A DNA stretch of 64,000 nucleotides from Mobula hypostoma. Taxonomy: Eukaryota. Made by a program: the position numbers and the translations under genes. Of this stretch, positions 24,201 to 35,900 are shown piece after piece. Numbering within the stretch: position 1 is the stretch's first letter; each line of letters begins with the position of its first letter. Below the pieces are notes generated by a model. It did not search any database. It was not told where the DNA came from and worked only from the letters and a program-made list of their open reading frames with translations. The stretch is from NCBI RefSeq assembly GCF_963921235.1, contig NC_086097.1:92444001-92508000 (forward strand). Reading direction: 5' to 3'.

Positions 24201-26370
24201 CTCCTCCAGTCCGAGTCAACTCCTCCAGCCGAGTCAACTCCTCCAGTCCAAGAGTCAACTCCTCCAGTCCCAGAGTCAACTCCTCCATTCCGAGTCAACT
24301 CCTCCAGTCCGAGTCAACTCCTCCAGTCCAAGAGTCAACTCCTCCAGTCCGAGGGAACTCCTCTAGTCCCAGAATTAACTCCTCCAGTCCGAGGCAACTC
24401 CTGCTGTCCGAGTCAACTCCTCCAGTCTCAGAGGCAACTCCCCCTGTCCAAGTCAACTCCTCCAGTCCCAGAGTCAACTCCTCCTGTCCAAGTCAACTCC
24501 TCCATTCTGAGTCAACTCCTCCAGTCCGAGTCAACTCCTCCAGCCCCAGAGGCAACTCCTCCGGTCCCCGAGTCAAATCCTCCAGTACGAGTGAACTCCT
24601 CCAGTCTGAGCAACTGCTCCAGTCAACTCTCCAGCCCAGATCAACTCCTCCAGACCGAGTCAACTCCTCCAGTCCCAGAGTCAACTCCTCCTCCAACTCC
24701 TCCAGTCCGAGTCAACTCACCCTGCCCGAGTCAACTCCTTCAGTCCGATCAACTCCTCCAGTCCCAGAGTCAACTCCTCCAGTCCGAGTAAACTCCTCCA
24801 GTCCAAGAGTCAACTCCTCCAGTCCGAGTCAACTCCTCCAGTCCCAGAATCAACTCCTCCAGTCCGAGTCAACTCCTCCTGTCCGCGTCAACTCCTCCAG
24901 TCCCAGAGGCAACTCCCCCTGTCCAAGTCAACTCCGCCAGTCCCAGAGTCAACTCCTCCAGTCCCAGAGTCATCTCCTCCAGCCCGAGAGGCAACTCCTC
25001 CGGTCCCAGAGTCAACTCCTCCAGTCCAGAGTCAACTCCTCCAGTCCAGAGTCAACTCCCCCTTTCTGAGTCAACTCCTTCAGTCCGAGTCAACTCCTCC
25101 AGCTCCAGAGGCAACTCCTCCGGTCCCCAGAGTCAACTCCTCCAGACTGAGTCAACTCCTCCTGTCCGAGTCAACTCCTCCAGTCCGAGTCAACTCCTCC
25201 AGTCCGAGTCAACTCCATCATTCTGAGTCAATTCCTCCTGACCCAGAGTCAACTTCTGCAGTCCGAGTCAACTCCTCCAGTCCAGAGTCAACTTCTCCAG
25301 TCCGAGTCAACTCCTCCAGTCCCAGAGTCAACTCCTCCAGACCCAGAGTCAACTCCTCCAGTCCGAGTCAACTTCTCCAGTCCGAGTCAAGTCCTCCAGT
25401 CCCAGAGTCAACTCTATCCCCTAGTCCCAGAGTCAACTCCTCCAGTCCCAGAGTCAACTCCTCCAGTCCCAGAGTCAACTATTCCACCCCAAAGGCAACT
25501 CCTCAGGACCCAGAGTCAACTCCTCCAGACCGAATCAACTCCTCCATTCCGAGTGAACTCCTCCAGTCCGAGTCAACTCCTCCAGTCCGAGTCAACTCCT
25601 CCAGCCCCAGAGGCAACTCCTCCAGCCCCAGAGGCAACTCCTCCGGTCCCAGAGTCAACTCCTCCAGTCCGAGTCAACTCCAAGAGTCGCAGAGTCAACT
25701 CCTCCAGCACGAGTCAACCCCTCCAGCCCCAGAGGCAACTCCTCCGGTCCCAGAGTAAACTCCTCCAGCCCCAGAGACAACTCCTCCAGTCCGAGTAAAC
25801 GCCTTCAGTCCAAGAGTCAACTCCTCCAGTCCCAGAGTCAACTCCCACTGTCCGAGTCAACTCCCACTGTCCGAGTCAACTCCTTCAGTCAGAGTCAAAT
25901 TCTCCAGTCCCAGAATCATCTCCTCCAGTCCGAGACAGCTACTCCCGTCCCAGAGTCAACTCCTCAAGTCTGAGTCAACTCCTCCAGTCCGAGTCAACTC
26001 CCCCAGTCCAAGAGTCAACAGCACCAGTCCAAGAGTCAACTCCACCAGTCCAAGAGTCAACTCCACCAGTCCAAGTCAACTCCTCCATTCCGAGTCAACT
26101 CCTCCAGTCCGAGTCAACTCCTTCAGTCCAAGAGACAACTCCTCCAGCCCCAGAGTCAACTCCCACTGTCCGAGTCAACTCCTCCAGTCCGAGTCAACTC
26201 CTCCAGTCCCACATTCAACTCCTCCAGTCCGAGTCTACTCCTCAAGTCCCAGAGTCAACTCCTCCAGTCCGAGTCAACTCCTCCAGCCCAGCGGCAACTC
26301 CCCTTGTCCAAGTCAACTCCTCCAGTCCGAGTCAACTACTCCAGCCCCAGAGGCAACTCCTCCGGTCCCA
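18265..26370 (+). repeat. HOR family B, three tandem copies of about 2.5-2.9 kb
   Basis: CACGCTGCCC at 18281, 20786, 23610. GCGTCAAC at 19321, 22024, 24885. AAGAGTCGCAG at 20071, 22757, 25682. Confidence 0.9.
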
Positions 26371-29300
26371 GAGTCAACTCCTCCAGCAACAGAGGCAACT
26401 CCTCCGGTCCCAGAGTCAACTCCTGCAGACCGAGTCAACTCCTACAGTCCAGAGTCAACTTCTCCAGACCGAGAGTCAACTACTACAGTCCGAGTCAACT
26501 CCTTCAGTCCAAGAGTCAACTCCTCCAGTCCAGAGTCGATTCTTCCAGTCCCAGAGTCAACTCCTCCGGTCCCACAGTCAACTCCTCCAGTCCGAGTCAA
26601 CTCCTCCAGTCCCCGAGTCAACTCCTCCAGTCCCAGAATCAACTCCTCCAGTACGAGTCAAATCCTCCAGTCCGAGTCAAATCCTCCTGTCCCAGAGTCA
26701 ACTCCTCCAGTCCCAGAGTCAACTCCTTCAGTCCGAGTCAACTCACGCTGCCCGAGTCAACTCACGCTGCCCGAGTCAACTCCTTCTGTCCGATCAACTC
26801 CTCCAGTCCCAGAATCAACTCCCACTGTCCGAGTCAACTCCTTCAGTCCGAGACAAATCCTCCAGTCCCAGAGTCAACTCCTCCCGTCCGAGTCAACTCC
26901 TCCAGCCCCAGAGGAAACTCCTCCGGACCCAGAGTCAACTCCTCCAGTCCGAGTCAACTTCTCCAGTCCGAGTCAAGTCCTCCAGTTCCAGAGTCAACTC
27001 CTCCAGACCCAGAGTCAACACCTCCAGTCCGAGTTAACTCCTCCAGTCCAAGAGTCAACTCCTCCAGTCCGAGTCAACTCCTCCAGTCCCAGAATCAACT
27101 CCTCCAGTCCGAGGCAACTCCTCCTGTCCGAGTCAACTCCTCCAGTCCCACAGTCAACTTCTCCAGTCCAAGTCAATTCCTCCAGTTCCACAGTAAACTC
27201 CTCCAGACCGAGTCAACTCCTCCAGTCCCAGAGTCAACTCCTCCAGTCCAGAGTCAACTCCCCCTTTCTGAGTCAACTTCTTCAGTCCGAGTCAACTCCT
27301 CCAGCTCCAGAGGCAACTCCTCCGGTCCCAGAGTGAACTCCTCCAGTCTGAGTCAACTCCTCCATTCCAAGAATCAACTCCTCCAGACCGAGTCAACTCC
27401 ACCAGTCGCAGAGTCAACTCCTCCAGTCCGAGTCAACTCCTCCAGTCCCAGAGTCAACTCCTCCAGTCCGAGTCAACTCACCCTGCCCGAGTCAACTCCT
27501 TCAGTCCGATCAACTCCTCCAGTCCCAGAGTCAACTCCTCCAGTCCAAGTAAACTCCTCCAGTCCAAGAGTCAACTCCTCCAGTCCGAGTGAACTCCTCC
27601 AGTCCCAGAATCAACTCCTCCAGTCCGAATCAACTCCTCCTGTCCAGAGTCAACTCCTCCAGTCCCAGAGGCAACTCCCCCTGTCCAAGTCAACTCCTCC
27701 AGTCCCAGAGTCAACTCCTCCAGTCCCAGAGTCAAAACCTCCAGCCCCAGAGGCAACTCCTCCGGTCCCAGAGTCAACTCCTACAGTCCAGAGTCAACTC
27801 CTCCAGTCCAGAGTCAACTCCCCCTTTCTGAGTCAACTCCTTCAGTCCGTGTCAACTCCTCCAGCTCCAGAGGCAACTCCTCCAGTCCCAGAGTCAACTC
27901 CTCCAGACTGAGTCAACTCCTCCTGTCCTAGTCAACTCCTCTAGTCTGAGTCAACTCCTCCAGTCCGAGTCAACTCCATCATTCTGAGTCAATTCCTCCT
28001 GACCCAGAGTCAACTTCTCCAGTCCGAGTCAACTCCTCCAGTCCGAGTCAACTCCATCATTCTGAGTCAATTCCTCCTGACCCAGAGTCAACTTCTCCAG
28101 TCCGAGTCAACTCCTCCAGTCCAGAGTCAACTCCTCCAGTCCCAGAGTCAACACCTCCAGTCCCAGAGTCAACTATTCCAGCCCCAAAGGCAACTCCTCC
28201 AGTCCCAGAGTCAACTCCTCCAGTCCCAGAGTCAACTCCTCCAGTCCGAGTAAACTCCTCCAGTCCAAGAGTCAACTCCTCCAATCCGAGTGAACTCCTC
28301 CAGTCCCAGAATCAACTCCTCCATTCCGAATCAACTCCTCCTGTCCGAGTCAACTCCTCCAGTCCCAGAGGCAACTCCCCCTGTCCAAGTCAACTCCTCC
28401 AGTCCCAGAGTCAACTCCTCCAGTCCCAGAGTCAAATCCTCCAGCCCCAGAGGCAACTCCTCCGGTCCCAGAGTCAACTCCTCCAGTCCAGAGTCAACTC
28501 CTCCAGTCCAGAGTCAACTCCCCCTTTCTGAGTCAACTCCTTCAGTCCGTGTCAACTCCTCCAGCTCCAGAGGCAACTCCTCCAGTCCCAGAGTCAACTC
28601 CTCCAGACTGAGTCAACTCCTCCTGTCCTAGTCAACTCCTCCAGTCCGAGTCAACTCCTCCAGTCCGAGTCAACTCCATCATTCTGAGTCAATTCCTCCT
28701 GACCCAGAGTCAACTTCTCCAGTCCGAGTCAAGTCCTCCAGTCCCAGAGTCAACTCCTCTAGACCCAGAGTAAACACCTCCAGTCCGAGTCAACTCATCC
28801 ATTCCAAGAGTCAACTCAGCCAGTCCCAGAGTCAACTCCTCCAGTCTGAGTCAACTCCTCCAGTCCAAGAATCAACTCCTCCAGACCGAGTCAACTCCAC
28901 CAGTCGCAGAGTCAACTCCTCCAGCACGAGTCAACACCTCCAGCCCCAGAGGCAACTCCTCCGATCCCAGAGTAAACTCCTCCAGCCCCAGAGACAACTC
29001 CTCCAGTCCGAGTCAACGCCTTCAGTCCAAGAGTCAACTCCTCCAGTCCCAGAGTCATCTCCCACTGTCCGAGTCAACTCCTTCAGTCAGAGTCAAATCC
29101 TCCCGTCCCAGAGTCAACTCCTCCATTCCGAGTCAACTCCTCCAGTCCGAGTCAACTCCACCAGTCCAAGAGTCAACTCCACCAGTCCAAGAGTCAACTC
29201 AGCCTGTCCCAGAGTCAACTTCTCCAGTCCAACTCCTCCATTCCGAGTCAACTCCTCCAGTCCGAGTCAACTCCTCCAGACACAGAGTCAACTCCTCCAG

Positions 29301-32300
29301 ACCGAGTCAATCCTCAAGTCCGAGTCAACTACTCCAGTCCGAGTCAACTACCCCTGTCCGAGTCAACTACCCCTGTCCGAGTCAACTCCTTCAGTCCGAG
29401 TCAACTCCTCCAAACCCAGAGGCAAATCCTCCTGTCCCAGAGTCAACTCCTGCAGACGGAGGCAACTCCTCCTGTTCAGAGTCAACTTCTCCAGTCCGAG
29501 TCAAGTCCTCCAGTTCCAGAGTCAACTCCTCCGATCCCAGAGTAAACTCCTCCAGCCCCAGAGACAACTCCTCCAGTCCGAGTCAACGCCTTCAGTCCAA
29601 GAGTCAACTCCTCCAGTCCCAGAGTCATCTCCCACTGTCCGAGTCAACTCCTTCAGTCAGAGTCAAATCCTCCCGTCCCAGAGTCAACTCCTCCAGTCCG
29701 AGTCAACTCCTCCAGTCCGAGTCAACTCCACCAGTCCAAGAGTCAACTCCACCAGTCCAAGAGTCAACTCAGCCTGTCCCAGAGTCAACTTCTCCAGTCC
29801 AAGTCAACTCCTCCATTCCGAGTCAACTCCTCCAGTCCGTGTCAACTCCTCCAGACCCAGAGTCAACTCCTCCAGACCGAGTCAATCCTCAAGTCCGAGT
29901 CAACTACTCCAGTCCGAGTCAACTACCCCTGTCCGAGTCAACTCCTTCAGTCCGAGTCAACTCCTCCAACCCCAGAGGCAAATCCTCCGGTCCCAGAGTC
30001 AACTCCTGCAGACCGAGGCAACTCCTCCTGTTCAGAGTCAACTTCTCCAGTCCGAGTCAACTCCTCTAGTCCCAGAGTCAACTCCTCCAGTCCGCGTTAA
30101 ATCCCCCAGTCCCAGAGTCAACTCCTCCAGTCCCAGAGTCAACTCCTCCAATCTGAGTTAACTGCTCCATTCCGAGTCAAATCCTCCAGTCCGAGTCAAC
30201 TCCTCCAGACCCAGAGTCAGCTCCTCCAGTCCGAGTCAACTCTTCAAGTCCGAGTCAACTCCTCCAGTCCGAGTCAACTCCCCCTGTCCGAGTCAACTCC
30301 CCCGGTCCGAGTCAACTCCTTCAACCGAGTCAACTCCTTCAACCGAGTCAACTCCTCCAGTCCCAGAGTCAACATCTCCAGTCCCAGAGTCAACTCCTCC
30401 AGACCAAGAGTCAACTCCTCTAGTCCGAGACAACTTCTCCAGTCCGAGTCAATTCCTCCAGTCCGAGTCAAATCCTCCAGTCCAAGAGTCAACACCGCCA
30501 GTCCCAGAGTCAACTTCTCCAGTCCGAGTCAACTCCTCCAGTCCGAGTCAACTCCTCCAGTCCCAGAGGCAACTCCCCCTGACCAAGTCAACTCCTCCAG
30601 TCCCAGAGTCAACTCCTACAGTATGAGTCAACTCCTCCAGCCCCAGAGGCAACTCCTCTGGTCCCAGTGACAACTCCTCCAGACCCAGTCAACTCCTACA
30701 GTCCAGAGTCAACTTCTCCAGACCCAGAGTCAACTCCTGCATTCCGAGTCAACTCCTTCAGTCCAAGAGTCAACTCCTCCAGTCCCAGAGTCAACTCCCG
30801 AGTCAACTCCTTCAGTCCGAGACAAATCCTCCAGTCCCAGAGTCAACTTCTCCAGTCCAAGTCAACTCCTCCAGTCCCAGAGTCAACTCCTCCAGTCCGA
30901 GTCAACTCCTCCAGTCCCAGAGTCAACTCCTCCAGTCCAGAGTCAACTCCTCCAGAGACAAATCCTCCTGTCCGAGTCAACTCCTCCAGACCCAGAGTCA
31001 ACTCCTCCAGTCCCAGAGTCAACTCCTCCAGTATGAGTCAACTCCTCCAGTCCAAGAATGAACTCCTCCAGTCCGAGTCAACTCCTCCAGTCTGAGTCAA
31101 CTCCTCCAGCCCCAGAGGCATCTCCTCCAGCCCCAGAGGCAACACCTCCGGTCCCAGAGTCAACTCCTCCAGTCTGAGTCAACTCCTCCAGTCCAAGAAT
31201 CAACTCCTCCAAACCGAGTCAACTCCACCAGTCGCAGAGTCAACTCCTCCAGCACGAGTCAACACCTCCAGCCCCAGAGGCAACTCCTCCGATCCCAGAG
31301 TAAACTCCTCCAGCCCCAGAGACAACTCCTCCAGTCCGAGTCAACGCCTTCAGTCCAAAAGTCAACTCCTCCAGTCCCAGAGTCATCTCCCACTGTCCGA
31401 GTCAACTCCTTCAGTCAGAGTCAAATCCTCCCGTCCCAGAGTCAACTCCTCCATTCCGAGTCCACTCCTCCAGTCCGAGTCAACTCCACCAGTCCAAGAG
31501 TCAACTCCACCAGTCCAAGAGTCAACTCAGCCTGTCCCAGAGTCAACTTCTCCAGTCCAAGTCAACTCCTCCATTCCGAGTCAACTCCTCCAGTCCGTGT
31601 CAACTCCTCCAGACCCAGAGTGAACTCCTCCAGACCGAGTCAATCCTCAAGTCCGAGTCAACTACTCCAGTCCGAGTCAACTACCCCTGTCCGAGTCAAC
31701 TACCCCTGTCCGAGTCAACTCCTTCAGTCCGAGTCAACTCCTCCAAACCCAGAGGCAAATCCTCCTGTCCCAGAGTCAACTCCTGCAGACCGAGGCAACT
31801 CCTCCTGTTCAGAGTCAACTTCTCCAGTCCGAATCAACTCCTCCAGCCACAGAGGCAACTCCTCCGGTCCCCGAGTCAACTCCTCCAGACCGAGTCAACT
31901 CCTCCAGTCCAGAGTCAACTCCTCCAGTCCGAGTCAACTCCTCCAGTCCGAGTCAACTCCTCCAGTCCCAGAGTCAACTCCTCCAGTCCGAGTCAACTCC
32001 TCCAGTCCCAGAGTCAACTCCTCCAGTCCGAGTCAACTCCTCCAGTCCGAGTCAACTCCTCCAGTCCCAGAGGCAACTCCTCCTGTCAGAGTCAACTCCT
32101 CCAGTCCCAGAGTCAACTCCTCCAGTCCTAGAGTCAAATCCTCCAGCCCCAGAGGCAACTCCTCCGGTCCCAGAGTCAACTCCTCCAGTCCAGAGTCAAC
32201 TCCCCCTTTCTGAGTCAACTCCTTCAGACCGTGTCAACTCCTCCAGCTCCAGAGGCAACTCCTCCAGTCCCAGAGTCAACTCCTCCAGACTGAGTCAACT

Positions 32301-32999
32301 CCTCCAGTCCGAGTCAACTCCTTCAGTCCGAGTCAACTCCTCCAGCCCCAGAGGCAACTCCTCCAGCCCCAGAGGCAACACCTCCGGTCCCAGAGTCAAC
32401 TCCTCCAGTCTGAGTCAACTCCTCCAGTCCAAGAATCAACTCCTCCAGACCGAGTCAACTCCACCAGTCGCAGAGTCAACTCCTCCAGCACGAGTCAACC
32501 CCTCCTGTCCTAGTCAACTCCTCTAGTCTGAGTCAACTCCTCCAGTCCGAGTAAACTCCATCATTCTGAGTCAACTCCTCCAGACCCAGAGTCAACTCCT
32601 CCAGTCCGAGTCAACACCCCCTATCCGAGTCAACTCCTCCAGTCCGAGTCAACTCCTCCAGTCCGAGTCAACTCCATCATTCTGAGTCAATTCCTCCTGA
32701 CCCAGAGTCAACTTCTCCAGTCCGAGTCAACTCCTCCAGTCCAGAGTCAACTCCTCCAGTCCCAGAGTCAACACCTCCAGTCCCAGAGTCAACTATTCCA
32801 GCCCCAAAGGCAACTCCTCCAGTCCCAGAGTCAACTCCTCCAGTCCGAGTCAACTCCTCCAGTCCAAGAGTCAACTCCTCCAATCCGAGTCAACTCCTCC
32901 AGTCCCAGAGTCAACTCCTCCAGTCCGAGTCAACTCCTCCAGTCCGAGTTAACTCCTCCAGTCCCAGAGTCAACTCCTCCTGTCCGAGTCAACTCCTCC

Positions 33000-35900
33000 A
33001 GTCCAAGAGTCAACTCCTCCAGTCCCAGAGTCAACTCCTCCAGCCCCAGAGGCAACTCCTCCGGTCCCAGAGTCAACTCCTCCAGTCCAGAGTCAACTCC
33101 TCCAGTCCAGAGTCAACTCCCCCTTTCTGAGTCAACTCCTTCAGTCCGTGTCAACTCCTCCAGCTCCAGAGGCAACTCCTCCAGTCCCAGAGTCAACTCC
33201 TCCAGACTGAGTCAACTCCTCCTGTCCTAGTCAACTCCTCCAGTACGAGTCAACTCCTCCAGTCCGAGTCAACTCCATCATTCTGAGTCAATTCCTCCTG
33301 ACCCAGAGTCAACTTCTCCAGTCCGAGTCAAGTCCTCCAGTCCCAGAGTCAACTCCTCTAGACCCAGAGTAAACACCTCCAGTCCGAGTCAACTCATCCA
33401 TTCCAAGAGTCAACTCAGCCAGTCCCAGAGTCAACTCCTCCAGTCTGAGTCAACTCCTCCAGTCCAAGAATCAACTCCTCCAGACCGAGTCAACTCCACC
33501 AGTCGCAGAGTCAACTCCTCCAGCACGAGTCAACCCCTCCAGCCCCAGAGGCAACTCCTCCGATCCCAGAGTAAACTCCTCCAGCCCCAGAGACAACTCC
33601 TCCAGTCCGAGTCAACGCCTTCAGTCCAAGAGTCAACTCCTCCAGTCCCAGAGTCATCTCCCACTGTCCGAGTCAACTCCTTCAGTCAGAGTCAAATCCT
33701 CCCGTCCCAGAGTCAACTCCTCCATTCCGAGTCAACTCCTCCAGTCCGAGTCAACTCCACCAGTCCAAGAGTCAACTCCACCAGTCCAAGAGTCAACTCC
33801 ACCAGTCCAAGAGTCAACTCCACCAGTCCAAGTCAACTCCTCCATTCCGAGTCAACTCCTCCAGTCCGAGTCAACTCCTCCAGACCCAGAGTCAACTCCT
33901 CCAGACCGAGTCAATCCTCAAGTCCGAGTCAACTACTTCAGTCCGAGTCAACTACCCCTGTCCGAGTCAACTACCCCTGTCCGAGTCAACTCCTTCAGTC
34001 CGAGTCAACTCCTCCAAACCCAGAGGCAAATCCTCCTGTCCCAGAGTCAACTCCTGCAGACGGAGGCAACTCCTCCTGTTCAGAGTCAACTTCTCCAGTC
34101 CGAGTCAAGTCCTCCAGTTCCAGAGTCAACTCCTCCAATCCCAGAGTAAACTCCTCCAGCCCCAGAGACAACTCCTCCAGTCCGAGTCAACGCCTTCAGT
34201 CCAAGAGTCAACTCCTCCAGTCCCAGAGTCATCTCCCACTGTCCAAGTCAACTCCTTCAGTCAGAGTCAAATCCTCCCGTCCCAGAGTCAACTCCTCCAT
34301 TCCGAGTCCACTCCTCCAGTCCGAGTCAACTCCACCAGTCCAAGAGTCAACTCCACCAGTCCAAGAGTCAACTCAGCCTGTCCCAGAGTCAACTTCTCCA
34401 GTCCAAGTCAACTCCTCCATTCCGATTCAACTCCTCCAGTCCGAGTCAACTCCTCCAGACCCAGAGTGAACTCCTCCAGACCGAGTCAACTCCTCCAGAC
34501 CATGAGTCAACTCCTCCAGTCCGAGTCAACTCCTCCAGTCCGAGTCAACTCCTCCAGTCCAGAGTCAACTCCTTCAGTCCGAGTCAACTCCTCCAACCCC
34601 AGAGGCAAATCCTCCGGTCCCAGAGTCAACTCCTGCAGACCGAGGCAACTCCTCCTGTTCAGAGTCAACTTCTCCAGTCCGAATCAACTCCTCCAGCCAC
34701 AGAGGCAACTCCTCCCGTCCCAGAGTCAACTCCTCCAGACCGAGTCAACTCCTCCAGTCGCAGAGTCAACTCCTCCAGTCCGAGTCAACTCACCCTGCCC
34801 GAGTCAACTCCTTCAGTCCGATCAACTCCTCCAGTCCCAGAGTCAACTCCTCTAGTCCGAGTGAACTCCTCCAGTCCCAGAATCAACTCCTCCAGTCCGA
34901 TCAATTCCTCCTGTCCGAGTCAACTCCTCCAGTCCCAGAGTCAACTCCTCCTGTCCAAGTCAACTCCTCCAGTCCAGAGTCAACTCCTCCAGTCCGAGTC
35001 AACTCCTCCAGCCCCAGAGGCAACTCCTCCGGTCCCAGAGTCAACTCCTCCAGTCCAGAGTCAACTCCTCCAGTCAGGAGTCAACTCCCTATTTCTGAGT
35101 CAACTCCTTCAGTCCGAGTCAACTCCTCCGGCCCCAGAGGCAACTCCTCCGGTCCCAGAGTCAACTCCTCCAGACTGAGTCAACTCCTCCAGTCCGAGTC
35201 AACTCCTTCAGTCCGAGTCAACTCCTCCAGCCCCAGAGGCAACTCCTCCAGCCCCAGAGGCAACTCCTCCGGTCCCAGAGACAACTCCTCCAGTCTGAGT
35301 CAACTCCTCCAGTCCAAGAGTCAACTCCTCCAGTCCCGAGTCAACTCCTCCAGTCCCAGAGTCAACTCCTCCAGCACGAGTCAACCCCTCCTGTCCTAGT
35401 CAACTCCTCTAGTCTGAGTCAACTCCTCCAGTCCGAGTCAACTCCATCATTCTGAGTCAATTCCTCCTGACCCAGAGTCAACTTCTCCAGTCCGAGTCAA
35501 CTCCTCCAGTCCGAGTCAACTCCTCCAGTCCGAGTCAACTCCATCATTCTGAGTCAACTCCTCCAGTCCAGAGTCAACTCCTCCAGTCCGAGTCAACTCC
35601 TCCAGTCCAGAGTCAACTCCTCCAGTCCCAGAGTCAACACCTCCAGTCCCAGAGTCAACTATTCCAGCCCCAAAGGCAACTCCTCCAGTCCCAGAGTCAA
35701 CTCCTCCAGTCCGAGTAAACTCCTCCAGTCCAAGAGTCAACACCTCCAATCCGAGTGAACTCCTCCAGTCCCAGAATCAACTCCTCCATTCCGAATCAAC
35801 TCCTCCTGTCCGAGTCAACTCCTCCAGTCCCAGAGGCAACTCCCCCTGTCCAAGTCAACTCCTCCAGTCCCAGAGTCAACTCCTCCAGTCCCAGAGTCAA

